Part shown: positions 62,703 to 64,000 of the stretch, piece after piece
How positions within the stretch are numbered: the stretch's first letter is position 1
Layout of the letters: each line of letters starts with the position of its first letter
DNA from: an uncultured delta proteobacterium
GTDB lineage: Bacteria; Myxococcota; Myxococcia; Myxococcales; Anaeromyxobacteraceae
Direction of reading: 5' to 3'
NCBI GenBank assembly: GCA_963845515.1
Contig: CAWJSR010000057.1
Span: 194,812-258,811 of the forward strand
DNA: 64,000 bases
Notes under the pieces: model-generated
Told to the model about the DNA's origin: nothing
Database searches by the model: none
What the model saw: the letters and a program-made list of their open reading frames with translations, nothing else
Position numbers and translations under genes: made by a program

Positions 62703-63306
62703 TTACCTGACGTCACGAGCGCGAGGATTCTGGGACAGCACCCTCGCCACGGTGGACTTGGGGATCTTCATCGCCATGGCGATCTCCCGGATGCTCTTCC
62801 CGGCGGTCTTCATGGCGACGATCTTCTCCCGCGCACGGTGATCGACCTTGCGCGGGCGGCCACCGCTATGCGCGGCCCTCGGCCTCCACGCGCTCCCTGG
62901 CGGCCGAGATCCTCTCGTTGATCGCCAGCCGCTCCATCTTGGCCGCCCACGCCATCACGGCGAGGACCACCTCCGCCGCCGGGCCGTCGAGGGCGAAGCC
63001 GTCGGAGACGGAGACCAGCTCCACCCCGTGAGCGCGCAGTTCCTCGATCACCTCGAAGGTGTCGCGGATGCCGGAGCGGGTGAGCCGGTCGAGCTTGAAG
63101 ACGTAGAGCTTCCTGACGTTGCCGGCACGGGCATCAGCCCGGAGACGGTCCAGCTCGGGCCGGGCGAGGGTCTTTCCGGACCTCTTCTCGGCCCTCCAGT
63201 CGGTGATGGCGTCGCCCCTGGCGGTGGCGGCCCTCTCGATGGCGCTCTTCTGCGCGGCGAAGTCCTGGGCGCGGCTGGAGACGCGCAGGTAGGCGACGGC
63301 GGTCAT
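62703..63306 (-). CDS. Mirror copy of the serine resolvase (frameshifted)
   Basis: Matches 36089..36688. Confidence 0.55.
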
Positions 63307-63469
63307 GATGATCTCCCCGGTGACGAGCGCGGGCATCGCGCTTCCTCCCGGGCTTATCCCGAGCACCATCACCTCCTTGGCTCGCGCCTTCGTCCTTCCC
63401 ACAGGTTGTTGCCCCACCGGCCTCCGAGGGTCCCTTTTCCACCGGATCGACCGGGGACCCGGGCCCCGG

Positions 63470-63801
63470 TCAGTCGCCCTTCATAGGCGCGGGCTCCATG
63501 GGCCCTCTGCCCACTCGGTCTCCTGCCAGCCTCAGATGATGGCCTCCGTCTCCCTGCAGACGAAGCAGAAGGCCTCGATGCGGTCGTCGTCCCGCTTCAT
63601 CACCCACATCAGGCCGGGGCACGGCTTGCGGCGGGGGCGGTGCTTGCACGAAACGAGCGTCTCGCGGCCGTCGAAGCGCCGAAGCGGCCCGCCGTACTCG
63701 ATGAAGGAGGCGATGCGCAGCGCGTTGCGGCGTAGGCGCGGGGGATCGTCCGGGAGGCTCAGGTCGTCAGTGAGCCAGTGGCGGATGTCGACGATGAGCA
63801 T
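63470..63801 (-). CDS. Mirror copy of the IS21 passenger Zn-ribbon protein
   Basis: Matches 35597..35930. Confidence 0.5.
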
Positions 63802-64000
63802 GGCCGGGAAACTGGCGGCGTGGGCCGCTGGGACGGAGGCTCGGCGGCGGAGTGAGGTGAGACTCGGGCGATCCGGCGCCAACCGGATCGCCCCGCGGGT
63901 GGAAGAGCCGCTGATCGCGGTCGCGATCATGCGGGAATCCCCTCCCGGTGTCGAGTACCCACCGGCTCCGCCGGGTGGAGGAGATTCGACGCCGACGTTG

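Larger units (their letters stand above)
49827..64000. repeat. Inverted copy of 35401-49825 (probable fold-back read artefact)
   Basis: Same genes in mirrored order; the last 40 nt are the reverse complement of 35401-35440; heavily degraded at about 49.9-55.6 kb. Confidence 0.93.

Overview
High-GC window, probably from a myxobacterium/Anaeromyxobacter-like deltaproteobacterium (inferred from gene content), with long-read-type indel errors. (1) 1-20 kb is chromosomal signalling and metabolism. It holds two PAS hybrid kinases, two PilZ genes each with a sigma54 promoter and a tandem palindromic enhancer, an NtrC-family activator, PaaI, YbhB/YbcL, a ~1550-aa acyl-CoA synthetase/kinase-like/GNAT fusion co-operonic with a homocitrate synthase-like gene and an EamA transporter, an ACT protein, an MCP, a DTW protein and a DUF4258/MqsA-like toxin-antitoxin pair. 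(2) 21-49.8 kb is a polymorphic-toxin island: a CARDB gene, a signal-peptide-bearing Rhs, and three orphan Rhs toxin/immunity modules. One orphan tip is fused in frame to the sequence right after a CHC2-primase + tyrosine recombinase module. A serine-resolvase/Rep-like/iteron unit, two IS21 elements with visible target duplications, an IS3 remnant and a RAYT-like remnant are also present. (3) 49,827-64,000 is a reverse-complement copy of 35,401-49,825 about a perfect palindromic axis at 49,826. It is most likely a nanopore fold-back artefact, so it should not be counted as independent genes. No rRNA, tRNA or CRISPR array was seen.
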